From positions 310,001 through 374,000 of the forward strand of contig JAPEUD010000015.1 in the NCBI GenBank assembly GCA_026026165.1: a DNA stretch of 64,000 bases, given 5' to 3'. The notes beneath the pieces are model-generated. The model worked only from the letters and a program-made list of their open reading frames with translations. It did no database searches and was not told where the DNA came from. This document shows, in pieces, positions 26,436 to 39,300 of this stretch. The translations under genes were made by a program, and so were the position numbers. The stretch comes from Sarea resinae. Taxonomy: Eukaryota. The stretch's first letter is position 1; each line of letters begins with the position of its first letter.

Positions 26436-29400
26436 TCACCGCAACAGCGCCCCCAACTGATGCAGTGCCGTCTTCGTGCGCTCCCGGACATCGAGCTCGG
26501 GATCATGCTCCAGACTCCTTAGCCGGCCCTCGATGCCCAGACTGCGCAGTTCGACGGCGCGCTGCTTGCAGTTGAGCTCGTCGCTGGCATCGTCGACCCA
26601 CGTCAGGTTGATGACGATCCAGGCACAGCACGAGCGAATGTGCCGGTTGACGTGGTTGAAGAGCGGCACCAGCAGCGAGAGCAGCGGTCGCTGGCCGATT
26701 AGCAGCGTGCGGTGCCGCGGGTGGCCCGCCGCAATGTGCACCAGGATGTAGCAGACCGCGATGACAATCTCCGGCCGCGGCTGCACGATGCGCGTCTCCG
26801 TGTCTCGGTCTCGGTCTCGGTCTCCATGAGCCTGGGCTTGGCTTAAGTATTGCTGCTGCTGCTGCTGCTGCGCTTGCTGTGGTTGTGGCTGTGGTTGTGA
26901 TTGGTGTTGCTGGCGACGGGTATAGGCATTGAAGACCTTCGGCCGCAGCTTGGACGCCAGGATCATGAACAGCCGCTCCTGTCCTAGCGCCGAGAACAGG
27001 AAATCGATCATGTCGGCGGCCGACGGACCGCAGATCAGGTTCCGGATGAGATCGAGCGCTTGTTCCTGCACAGCAAGGTCGTCGCTCCGGGACTCGCGGG
27101 CCGATTCGAGCTCGGCTTCCTTGAGAACGGCGAGACGGGCTTTGGCCACGTCCGTTGGTCTAGAGGGCATGCTCGATCCCAATCGTGAGCCATCGAGGCC
27201 ATCTCTTGAACTTGGATCGGCGGCTAGATAATCCGGGTGCGGTCGACTGAGCGCGCCGATGCTGTCGGTCATCCTCTGGTCGTCTTCAACATCCTCGTCA
27301 TCGGAAATGGAACTGCCTCGGTATTCTTCGACCGCGTTCAGGATGTCAACCCGCTCGCCCGCAGCATTGGGAGTTCCCAGACCAAGAGGCGTCAGAGGCC
27401 TCGAATCTTCGTCTCTACTCGGAGGCGCCGCATCATCACTTTCCTGCTCGACGAGCTGAAGCATCCATCCCGGTCCCAACTCCTGGACACAAGATACTTT
27501 TACATCATTCGGGGCGGAGAAAACGAGATGTTTCAAAGCCCACACAGAATTCAGCCTCAGCTTGATGTTGGTCGAATGCGCATGATCACAGAGGATCTTC
27601 AAGATACCAGCTTCCATGATCGCCTGGTTGTAGTGTTAGCGGACTCAGAAGAAGAAAAGAAAAAGCTACAGATTTACCTCTCTCATCGGACTAAACTCAA
27701 GCACAAGGTTACAGACAACGGCGGTAGCAGCCGTCTGTACTTCTACACTCGGGTGCTTTAGAAGCGAGAATAACGGCGTAGCAATGCCGGCATCGATCAG
27801 GCTCGTCCTCAAGATGCTGACAGACCTTGAAATTGCTCTAGCCGCACCGCAAGCGGCAAGGAGAACAGGGACTGGATTGCCTTTGGGCACCGGCTGTGGA
27901 CTTCCCTCCGATTCGGCGGCTGTCGATCTAGAGGGCATGTCAGACTCATAAGGTTTCAGCGAGTCAATGACAAATGGAACTATGCCATTTTCGATGATCA
28001 TCTTCCGATATTCATCTTTGAAAGGCGCCACGGCGGCCAATGCATTCAGCGCTCCCTCCCTACATTTCAGAATGTGGCTTGCCCGAGGCGACAGTCCTGA
28101 CGACCCAAGAGTCGTCGTATTTGGCAACCAAACGTCCTCTCGAGTATTAGCGTTTTCGGGGTTCGGTTCCCAAATAGACGATTGACGCGCATCAGATATT
28201 CTATCGTATGTCTTCTTGAGCAAATGAGAAAGCTTCTCTATGGTGTGAGCATTGACCGCTGCTTTCTGGAGTTCCATGCTGTCCATCATGAGCATTGCAA
28301 GCACGAGAGGCGCTCGTTCGCTGACGGCCCATTGAGTTTCCAGTGGGTCCATCGTCGTTTCTTTTGCTGCGCAGCTCTCGTCGAGCAAGCGCACGAGAAG
28401 AGGCACCACCAACAACGCGAGTGTTGCCTCCCTGTTTTTATTGGCCAATCCGGATTTAAACAGAACAGTCACAACCCAAGCGGCCATGACACGAGTAATA
28501 CCCTTTTGTGCTCTCGCCATATGTATGAGCCAGGCTATTAGCGGACTCTCGGCATGTTCATCAGTTCCGCGTAGCTCGCCGGCGGAAAGGTCGGATGTCC
28601 ACCCCAGAGCAGTTGATGCTCGTGTAAATTGTGCAGTTCCCAACGGAGGAAATGCTGTGGGTTGAGATGAAGTACGTTTTTCGGCCGGAAGAGGAATCTG
28701 TGGGAGGAACCGATTGATCGGATTGAGGTGTGTTCGGCGTGCAGCGGGAACGCTCAATGCAAAGGAACCCCATGGAGTTTTGGGAGGGCTCTCAAGGGTT
28801 GGTATAGGGAAGATTGCAGTAATGGCCGGCGAAAGTAAGAGTTGAGATGCCCTCAATTTCGAATGTTGTATAATGACAGCTATGGCCTCTAAGATAGGCG
28901 CTAGTTTGGCTTTGGGAGGTGCCGCCACTGGCATGTTCTCCGTAGGAGCGTAGGCTTGCTTTGCCAACGAGAATCCGGTTGATATAACGAACCCCGCCAG
29001 CCTGGCGGCCAAAGCATCTAAAACTCCATGTTTCACCAGTATTACCTGATGACGTTCCTCGCGACAGCATTTCGATATCAGCGCCGAGGACAATGCTATC
29101 TGATTCTGTACGGTTGACGATGGGGAAAGCCCGGAGAGAATCTTTGCAAGGCTCTCAACATTCTTCTTCGAGAATAAAAGATGTGGTAGCGACGAATCAG
29201 GTAGGACGTGTCCAGGATACTCCAAGGGTATGGCGTCGGCAATGATATTGAGGGTGCGTAGTGTGGCTAGAACCAGCTGGGGCGAGGAGGCATCTGGTGA
29301 GAGAGCGGACAGAAGCGGGGGAAGGATCGAGCTGGCGAGCAGCGGAGCCACATAGGCTGGACCACCTGTATGTGAAGATATGTCAGACCTGATCCGTAGA

Positions 29401-29733
29401 TCTGAGCAAAAGGCTCCGGGCTCAAGGCTGACCTATAGCCAAGCTCCCTGCAATGATGGTTGCTTGCAGTCGGGCTTCATCGGTGTTCGACGTTCGTATG
29501 CCGTCTCCACGACCGTTCTCGCCATTGGTTTCCCTGCTCGAGCTCCTCTTCTCTGGCTTCACGGACAAGATCCGCACGATCGGCAGGACAACGCCTTGCC
29601 GTATCCACGCTTCCTTCTTCTGCTCGTGGCCGATGATCTCATTCTTGAGCGCTCGTAATGCAGCGACTTGAGCTGTGCTGGACGATGGATTACGAAGCTC
29701 GTTCAGGATCGGCGGAGTGGGCGGACGGGTCAT
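26436..29733 (-). CDS. Armadillo-repeat protein, ARMC8/Gid5(Vid28)-like (GID/CTLH E3 ligase subunit)
   Basis: ALRALKNEIIGHEQKKE, RAISRSVSILRTSLID, VVCNLVLEFSPMRE, LRLNSVWALKHL, EQALDLIRNL, DVRERTKTAL. Introns 29366-29432 and 27624-27677 are frame-consistent. Confidence 0.85.
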
Positions 29734-30191
29734 GCTTGATGGACTGATGTAGGAGATCCGAAAGGACTCGAGCTCAATGGAAGTCGTGGTTGCTAGATGC
29801 GTCCCTGATGTTACGATTCTTAGTCTGTTCGATCGCTTCTTGCGCCGATACTCATCGCCAGCAAGACCGACGACGGTTGGAAGTGAAGCAGAGAAAGGGA
29901 CAGGGACGGTCAAGAGAAGAAGTATCCCCAGAGTGCAATGCCCACCTATGAATGAATGTGTATGATCATGGAAAGGGGCAGAAGGCGATGAGAGGACGGC
30001 GGATCTGTATCTGCGTACTCAGTCTCCAGCTGTCGAGGTGTGGAGGTTGCTCGGTGATCCATGCTCCGTGCTCATCTGAGCGGCAAATCCCGACATGCGA
30101 TTCCTTCCACGGTATTGATAGAGAATCAATCTCAATCAGGTGAAAGGGAAACATCACGAGCAAGGACAGCGAGAGGCATTGGGGGATCCCA

Positions 30192-30234
30192 TACTCCATA
30201 CTCCATACTCCATACTCCCTACTCCAGACTCCAG
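30192..30234. repeat. (TACTCCA)n degenerate heptamer tandem repeat
   Basis: tactcca tactcca tactcca tactccc tactcca gactcca, directly visible. Confidence 0.8.
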
Positions 30235-30468
30235 AACTTGTCTGTCACGGATTCTTGCCGGATCATCGCACGACAGTGCAAGCGACTACTGTGTATCCCT
30301 TATCTTACTCCCTGGAAAGAGCCGAGGGGGTCCCAGGCGGGGCATTTACTACCTAGGCCGAGTATATCAACGCAAACAAAAACAGACAACGCACGAGAAT
30401 TGAAATGCTGCTACAAAAAACACGCGCGATGATGGTGACGCCCGTGAGCGTAGAACCCCTTGTCATCA

Positions 30469-31612
30469 TCAACGAGGAGATGTGCTGCCCGTTCTGTCAA
30501 CGCCGAGCCCCTCAATGGTATATCCCTCGCTCCTCTCCACCAAGCTCTGGTAATAATCCACGAGCACCTCAGGCTTGGGCACGATACGCCACTCAACCCT
30601 CCAGAGAAACTCCAACTCTAACATGGCCAGTTCCTTGAGACTGACACCGCCCACCCTTGCATATGTACTATTGGTCCAGAAAGAGTCCGACAGGCCTTTG
30701 GACGCGACCGTGGCGCTGGTGATGAGAAAACGATGTACGGTAAGGGACGAGATGGTGAAGGCGGGATAGAGTGCACATAGTCGGTCGATATAGAAGACCA
30801 TGCTGAGTAGGATGGGAGGTGACAGGGTCGCGTGAGTCGTGAGACGGGCGAGATAGTCGGGGATCGAGATGGTGGGCGGTGCTCTAGGTACGATCAATTA
30901 GCTCCGAGCGGCATGGGGGAGATGCTCAGGACGAGAGGGCGAACCTCGAATGAAATCGGGTCAATCGACCGTCTTTGAGGGGTATCTCATCATTATAGCG
31001 TACAAGCTCCATAAGCATGTTAGATATCAAGAAAACCAGGTCTTTGACGTCGCAATTCTCGTATTGGGTAGGCATGACCCGCACCGCCGGTGCTGGCGGC
31101 CGAGGCCGTTTCGGCGATGACTCTGTTCGCGATAGGGATGCCGGCACCTGTGGGGCAGGAGTCCCTGTTTGCGCGGCAGCCTCGGACTCGGCGCGTTTCG
31201 ATGGCATTTGAGCCTCTGAGCTGGATCGCAAAGGCTCCTCGGGTCGTGGTGGTGGGGGGGAGCGCGAGGTCCCCCTCCGCTTTCCCCGCGCTCGAAAAGA
31301 CCCCGATGCGCCGGAACTTGGTGATGTATCCAGATGCTGCGGCGGAGAATACTGAGTTCCAGCATCGACCGTCTGTCGAGGGACGGCGGATCCTCTCGTC
31401 ACCGTGGGAGACCCCGGCAAAGAGTTGGCGAACTCGAGCGGGGACTGTTGGGGAAATCGGCCGGACGGACGCGCTGGACGTGGATGCTGTCGAGGTGATT
31501 GCGAATGCGAAGGTCGATATGATCCATTACTAAAGGAGCGGACGTGGAATGCCGCTGCTGGTGAAGAGGCGTTGGGTTGAAGTGTCGGTGAGGGCGAGGA
31601 GGATGTTAGCAT
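30469..31612 (-). CDS. PHO80: Pho80/PREG-type cyclin (negative regulator of the phosphate regulon)
   Basis: LTRFHS-RAPPTISIPDYL across intron 30884-30944; SSLTVHRFLI, SKGLSDSFWTNSTYARVGG, LELEFL. Confidence 0.92.
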
Positions 31613-32586
31613 CTTGCAAAGGGCGCTTCGTTCCCGCGATCGCGAAAACCTATACGGATGACGTCGTGACCACCAGATGCGCGCATCTTCACCTCTGCAT
31701 GCTCATGGCCAGATGAATCTCAGAGGTCTTGAAACAAATCGACATGTCCATGGATTATCGAGAGCGCAGGAGATGGAAACGGAAGTCCGAAGTGGCTTGC
31801 TCAGCTGTGTAGGGCACACAATGGGGGCGAGCAGACCATTGGGCATACAGTACGCTGTACTCACGAGACTACACGCTGCATCTCGCATTGGCTGGCTGGA
31901 AGGCGCGCGCCACTACGATACTGGACGATTACCGCGCTTGATATGGGCCGTGAAACGCCTCTACTGAAGTACTCTGGAGTAGTCACACGAACGATGATCA
32001 TGATTATCGTCCATCATACGGAAACGCGTGTTGATTGATCTTGTGGCCTATCTACATAGTAGGGAGGGAGTACTTCATATTACCCGGATGAAGATTGACC
32101 AGCGATAGCCTCACAACCCTGTAAGATCGGCGCAGGGGTTTCTGGAGAGTGTCAAAGGAGGTGATATAGGGCTCCGGCAAACAGTATGCACTTCATTGCG
32201 CAAGATATCTCGGCATGAAACCTCAACGGGCGGGCTTTACTCGGAGAGGTTAGCCTTTGACTTCTATCTTCCATCTTCTATGTTCTATAACATGCTTCCA
32301 GCCCTAGGGTGCTGTTCATTACCAGAGAAATCCACCGAGCGCCTTGAGATGCCAGTAATCACGGAGGAAAAGTGGGTATTGAGAGCTGCCAGGCATAGAC
32401 GCTCAGATATAAACACCAGCATACGCCATCCTTGCCGCCACTATCTGCCACCCTGTGATGCAAAAGATCATGCTCCGCCCATACTCCTGCGGTGATGCTC
32501 ACCACTGCAAATAAACCCAGTTCTGCTGATGGCCCCGACCTTCGATTTACTCGAGACGCCGTCACCGACATTTGTCGTAACCTTCG

Positions 32587-34977
32587 TTAACTTTCGACTT
32601 CCTCCTCTCGCCCGCCATTTGTCAAGATCACGACGGTCAAGCATGCAGCATACGCTTCACGGATCGCACACGACGCGCACGTCTTTCTCAAATCTGCCGT
32701 GATTGCGCCGACTCCCCAGTGAGAGCACCATGCCCGTGCGAAGACTTCGTTGTCAGATACCCCAAAGGCTTCGATCATGAGGACATCCTCACTCTCATTG
32801 TTGTAAGTGGCAAGGCTCTGGTGTGTGCAGCCATCGTCGACCTCGCTGGAATTCGTGCTTGATGTCGTATTGTACTTGCCCCAATCGTGTACATCTTTAA
32901 GGTCGTCAACCTTGCAGGCACGATATCGGAATTTCCAGTATAAGGGATGAGGACCCATATTGCAAGGGGATGCTGTTATGAAGTGCACATCATAACGAAG
33001 ACGGAGTGGCCAGGACCTTCCTTCAATAGCAAAAGTGACGCCAGCATTGAAAATGAGCGAGCCCGTTTCGCCGATGCGGCTACGCTGATCTCGACGAGGC
33101 TCGAAATTCAGCTTCTCGACCCGTATGGCATCGGTCACATCCTCGGTATCGGGCGAGACGAGCTGATAATCGCTCGCTAGATATTCATCACCCGGCGGAC
33201 CAAGAGGCTCACTTCGTCTGGCCATGCTGGTAACGTCTTTGGGGGATAGTCGCTGCTTTGAGCGCCGGACGTGAACGCGAGCCACCTCAATCCTCTTGAG
33301 GTCGGTAGAGTAATAGCACGGCCCGATCCAACCAGCAACTTGATTGACACCTCGGAAAGCACCGAGCACCTTTCCTACTATGCATTCCCACGACCAGTAA
33401 GTGTTGGCCCGATATTGAAATCCTGAGCTTGGATGCATGTGAGTCAGATAGTTGAGGCGGGTATCAGTATCGCGATCACAGTCGATCAGAGAGTTCATCA
33501 CTAGCCACGGTACGGCTACCCCGGGAAGGAATACCCCGGTGAACCAGGACATGGTGTCAGCGCTTCGGTCTTCTACAGCCGTCTCTTTCTGATCTCTCTC
33601 ATCCAAGATATAATCCACTTCGCCCATGTTTGGCCATCTAACAATAAGATTAGTTTCGATGTACACACGATGGATGGAAAGGGCCACTGTTACTTGAGGA
33701 TTCTTGCAAACTCTCGTAAAGCTTTGATTTGGGTTCTTTTCTTTTTCAATTCAAAATTGATCGAACTTCTCTTTGAACTTGTCTTGGGCTTTTCAATAGC
33801 CATGTTCTCGAGCCAACGTTGCGCGACGGCCAAATCAAAGGCAATCTTAGGGGGTAGTCGTGCTAGTATTTCGTATTTTGCCTGCGAGGAGTAGCCTTCG
33901 GAATGGATCCGAAGGTACAGCTCAACTGAAAGAAGTAGCTGTAGGAAAAAGTGACGATGTTTGGTTTGATCCTCAGTTCTGAAGTACTTAGCCACGACGT
34001 GGTTCTTTGTTAAACTAAAATCTATCCAGTCTTGATGGCTCAAAACAGTGATCAGGTCCGCAATCTGGTCCTCCATCAAAAGATGTGGACCGGAGTGTTT
34101 TCCTGGATCATGGATGAGCTTGTTGTAGAGCGTGCGATACATTGAATCAGTATCCTATCAAATCCGTTAAACAAGCTCATACTCTCTTGACCGATTGATC
34201 ACGTACCCGCTCTTCAAGACCGAGTTCCAGGTCTCTCAACCGATCCAATATCTCCAGCAGCCCGATTTTTTTCGGCTTCACCTTTGTCCCAACCTTCACC
34301 ACTGGCTCAAGGCTGCCGGAAACGCTAGTCCAGTAATTTAGCGTGATGGTTCCAGGGCTCATCCCAAAGCAAAAGGCCATACTGGGCTGCTCAAGAGACT
34401 CCCAGGGAAGGGGAAAGTCTGCAGGCCCCGTGAAGGGAAGAGACATCATCTTGAAAGACCGGTGCTGAAAACCAGCGCGGTCCATATCCTGATCACGATC
34501 GCAAGAGACAGTAGCATAGAACCGGTAGTGTCCGTTGGGGGCATTCGGTATATCGTCGCAGTATCCCTTGAATATGGACGCGCCAGAGCAGACAAGTGCC
34601 TCGGCCTCGTCGAGGGTGAGCGCAGAGTCGGGCGTAAAAGGGTGTGGAGGCCATCGATGAGCCCCATCAGAAGCTGTCAGGTGGGAAAGCGAGGTTTCAG
34701 GAGGGGCAGGCCGAACAGGAAGATCAAAGACCAGCTCATCCGTGATTGGCACCAAAGGTCCTTCGTTGTGCGGAAGGTCATTGTGCTCGGAGGCATTCTG
34801 ATTAGCACTTCCTTGAGTGGCTTCCGTAGACTGTACGATAGGACTCGAGTCAGAATCCATCATTTCAATCTCATGTCTCGAGATAGTTGAGGAAGTCACC
34901 TCAGAATGCTGAAGCCCACTTCCCCGCGACTCATTCCGATCCTGGATATGTTCCCAATCGCCAGCGTCACTGCTCAT
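32587..34977 (-). CDS. Uncharacterised fungal protein
   Basis: Three ORFs joined in frame by canonical introns 34155-34206 and 33638-33693; globular-looking sequence (YWSWECIVGKVLG, ARAWCSHWG, CASCAIREAYA). Confidence 0.8.
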
Positions 34978-36351
34978 TCCTGCGATAGTAGCCAGTCAGC
35001 ATCGGCAAGAGACGAGAAGAAGAAAGAGAAGGAGGAGGCAGACACTTCTCCGCCGACGGATTTACGGGAAGGGAAGTGGCGCAAGGTCGCGCAAGACGTA
35101 ATCATGTTGAACTGACTGACCGACCTTCAGCTTCGGCCGGGGAACTCCACCCACCTCCTACCAGACAGCATGCGCGCTGATACCTAGAATTCGCTGCCTC
35201 GAAAAGTGATTGGGTCAACGCGTTCTATATGTTCGACTTCGAGCTGGTGGGGGTGGTTGCTAAGGTAGCTATTGAATTGCCCTTGGATACTGAGTGTGCC
35301 AGAAGGTAGGCACGTGGCGATCTCAAGAGAGAGATTCGAAGATATCTTGATCGGTTCAAATTAGAGCGGTCGCATGGCAAAGGACAAGGGGCCAAGGGAG
35401 TCATTTAATGGGGGCCACAGGGCGCATCAGTGTTCCAGCGTCGACGATGATGTCGTATCATTGAGAGATTGAATCATCATGGAAGGGAAGGTCCACCAAG
35501 GGAAGGGAAGGGAAGGTAAGTACTTCGTACAAGCACTCTGTACCTAGGCATGATGATGCTGTGGGGAGGCTGCGAGCAGCGCTGCCTGAAAGAAAGCGGA
35601 AAGCGAGCGAGTCGCCGTCCTGATACAAACAAATAGCGGAGGGCGAAGCGCATGCATGCCCGAACCGAAGTAGAGACTCGCAACGGCGCATGCAGAGTCT
35701 GCGAATGAAGCCTTTCACAGTGGTCGACGGCCACGATTGACCCCACGGCTCTAAGGACGGCACAACGTAGCCATGGAGGGGCTTCTCTGGCGCCGACAGC
35801 CTCACTCTGGTGATCCCAGCACAGCGCGCGCACGTAGGTATTCTACACCTCACAGCATCGCGAGGAGATCAGGACTGCTGGTGGAGGAAGCGTGAGGAGA
35901 TGAGATTCTCTATTACCGTATTAAGAACATGCATTAGGTGGTCTCATTGGTCAGAGATCCATGTAAGTTATATTATATACAATTGTCGTCGCCCTCAGTT
36001 GCCCGCCCGCTTTGCCAAAGAACTTCAACGCTCGCCGCTCGGAAAGAGAAAAGCTAGAATGAAAAGGTAACGACAGGGCTCGCCGTCACGGTCGTCGATA
36101 TATATATAAATATACATAGGGAATGCGAAAGGGATGATGTCACGGCCCATGTGCGGATAAAAGAAGAGTCCAAAGTGAAGCAAACCTCAATCCAAACAAA
36201 CGCTACGCCCAACACACCAGTCAGATGAAAAAGAGCAACGGTAATCAATGATACGCCCGGTACGCAAAGATTGGACCATCCAGACGAAGGAGGCTGAAAA
36301 GCGAAGATGACAATAGACCTTGGGAAAAGATGAATCGATCGAAGAATTCCA

Positions 36352-39300
36352 TCATACGGCAATTCTTGCTTCTCCTTGATCAGTATTACCCCAACCTCTC
36401 CGCGCTCGCCCAGCAAACGATAGAACTTCGTTAGCGCGCTCCCAAACGATCGGCGGAGCACGATTCTTGAGCATCGCCACGATGATGATGATCAAGAGAG
36501 GAATCTGTGGTAGTCAGTGCCATGAGTCATATTGTGCGTGTGAAGGGATGGAAGTGTCGTGACTCACCCAGATGAAGAATAGATTCCTATCGCTCCTGAT
36601 CCTCTTCATCTTCCTAGCATGTGCCATTCGCAACCGCTCCTGCTGTTCAGGCGTCAAGCTCGTCTTCCCAATACGTACGTCGATCGAATCGGGAGAGCTC
36701 GGCCGAGAAGTTGTGGAGGCCGATGCCTGAGCTGCCGAAGAACTTTCTGCCACGACCGAGTCGAATGACTTGGAACATTGCTGGTCCAGGATGGCGTCGG
36801 CGGCGGCTTGCATGGCCGATGACTTCTTGACATTTAGATCACGAGTATCGTCATTCTGGTCTTCGTGAGGATAAATCTCCTCATAGGCCGGAGGTGGTGC
36901 AGTTGACGATGGCGTGAATAGTTCCCACCAGCGATAATTACCCTCATTCTGGCCGCTTTGGGCCTCATTGTTGCCTGATGTGCTTGATCGCGATGTTCTG
37001 TGGGGAACTAGGGAGCTGATTCTCTGCACCATTGGATTGGCCTGGTAGCCGGGTAGTGCAGGAATTTGGATGCTTGGCAGATTCAAATGCACGTTTTGTT
37101 GAATGTGGTGGATATGAGCCGCCAACTGATCCCTCCATGCGGCCATCCCTACCGCAGGCGAGATTGAACCAGAAGCCGTAGCAGGACGAGCCATTTGATC
37201 GCTGGATTTCGATGGCCCAATCTGTGCGTCTTCAAAGGCGCTGTTCCGTCTCGATTCGGCCCAGTATTCGGAATTGCCGGATTCGTCTGAGTCGTCCTCA
37301 TCCGCATCTTCCCCTTCATTTTCACTGCTGTCCGATCCGTAGACAGCCGAAGAAGTTGCTGGACCATCACGGGAAGTTGGGGGAGGCGAATCCCAGACTG
37401 ACCTGACAGAGGCGACACTGCCTGCTCTGCTCCTCATAAAGGTCGCTCCAGCGCTGCGAGTTCGAGCATGATGTCTCACCCTCCGTGTAGACTGCAGCAC
37501 AGGCTCCGACCCGGATAAATCTGCCGCAGTAAATCCTTGCAGAGTCCGCAGGGTAGGATCCGCACCATTGAGGACCAAACGGCGCACGATTTGAGAATGA
37601 TTATGCATAGCTGCAAACATCATGGGCGTGAAACCGCCCTTGTCTCGAGGATCGGGGTTTGCCCCTCTTGCCAGAAGAGCGGCCACGAAACGCGTATACC
37701 CAACAGCACAGGCCAAGTGAAGCATTGTCTGACCCGACGATTGCCGTAAATTTAGTCGCGGCTGCCGAGGACTATCATCCAAATCGATAAGATCAAGGCA
37801 CTTGAGAAGCGATGACTCTGTATCCATCATCCCGAGCATGTCCATGCTGGAAGTGCTTGCTCCACGATTCTGACCGCCTCCCTGTGTTGATCCTCCTGCA
37901 CCAGAAGCCCAGGGATTTGGGCCTGAACCCACGATTCGACGCGCAACATCGCGTACGTCTTCCATCTGACCAGTCATCTTATGACCAAGAACAGATAAAG
38001 CTAGTCTCAGCAACTGATGCTCATCATCATCGATGTATTTGAAAAAGGCTTGCTGTTTCGCAATCGGAGGGGTCGGGAAAGGCTGCATTTGCTGATGTTG
38101 ATGCTTGAACGTCACAGCCACAGTTCCGGCTTGCACGGCGGGCGGCAAAAGGCATACCAACGACGTGTCTCCCCAGTACGTTGTAGTGGTAGCAAGAGCA
38201 TCTCCAAACATCACCTCTAGGCCCTGACAGAACCCACTGCCAAGACAAGTCACCTCAATACCACCAGCTTTGGGCCCTTCATTGGGGATGAGTTTATGTA
38301 TGGTGGGTGGCCGATGAGGATTCAGTGCAAGCGGCACCCCATAGTAAGAGTTGGCGACGGCTTGTGCCATCTGTGCTTGAGACTGCTGGAAGGCCTGCGG
38401 ATTGCCACGAAGGTCCGGACCAGGGCTTGGAGGCCGACTTTGGTGAGCAGAGCCGGGGTTCGAGAAGAGAGTCTGCATTGGCAAATTCTCCATGCTTTGA
38501 GACCTGTGAGTGGTAGACATGAAGCCTTGGTCGCTACTACTTGGCGTGGGCGGCCCTGCGTTGTACTGAGGAGGTATGGACAGGAGGAAGGACTGGTCCG
38601 CGGCTGAAGGCACGGACTGAGGGTTCAGGGAGAAAGGCGATTGCGACAGGTTCCCAGCATTAGGCCCATTGTGATTGGTTGAGCTCGGTGGCGATGTGTC
38701 CAGCCGGGTCATCGCAAGCCCGCTCGGGACTTTGCATGAACCGCTTGATTTCCTCTTCTTGGCCGTTGGCCCATTCGAAGCAGATGGTGATGCCTGCCGA
38801 GAGAAGTTCCGCGGAGTCAAGGTCGCGGAAGTGTTTTGTGATGACTGCGGTGGTAAAGGCATTGAATTGGTGTGCTGCGGAGTTGGAGCCATCATATTTG
38901 GCATGCTTTGCAAGTCGCCATTGGAATGAGAGAGCCTGAAAGGCATCATCTGCTCCGAATGAGCGGGTGGCATCTCATACGGTTGACCGGAAGAGAAGAC
39001 CCCAGCACCTGGAAGGTGAGGCCCATTAGGCAAAGCTACTGGATGGGTTGGAAGAGCGGGGGGAGTATGAGTTTTGTGGTCATCAGTGATCATAATCGAG
39101 GAAGTGATAGCTTGAGCAATCACATGATCTTCATGGTCCTTGACGGTGAAGATGACCCTATGTCATTTTTAGTGACGTTCGAATGATCAGACTAGGAAAC
39201 TTACTGGAACCCAAGTTTTTCGTTCTGATGACGGCAATAGCAAGCAATCCGCATGGGAGCGTCAACTTGCATTGCACCCGCTGGAACATGAGGCGCGATT

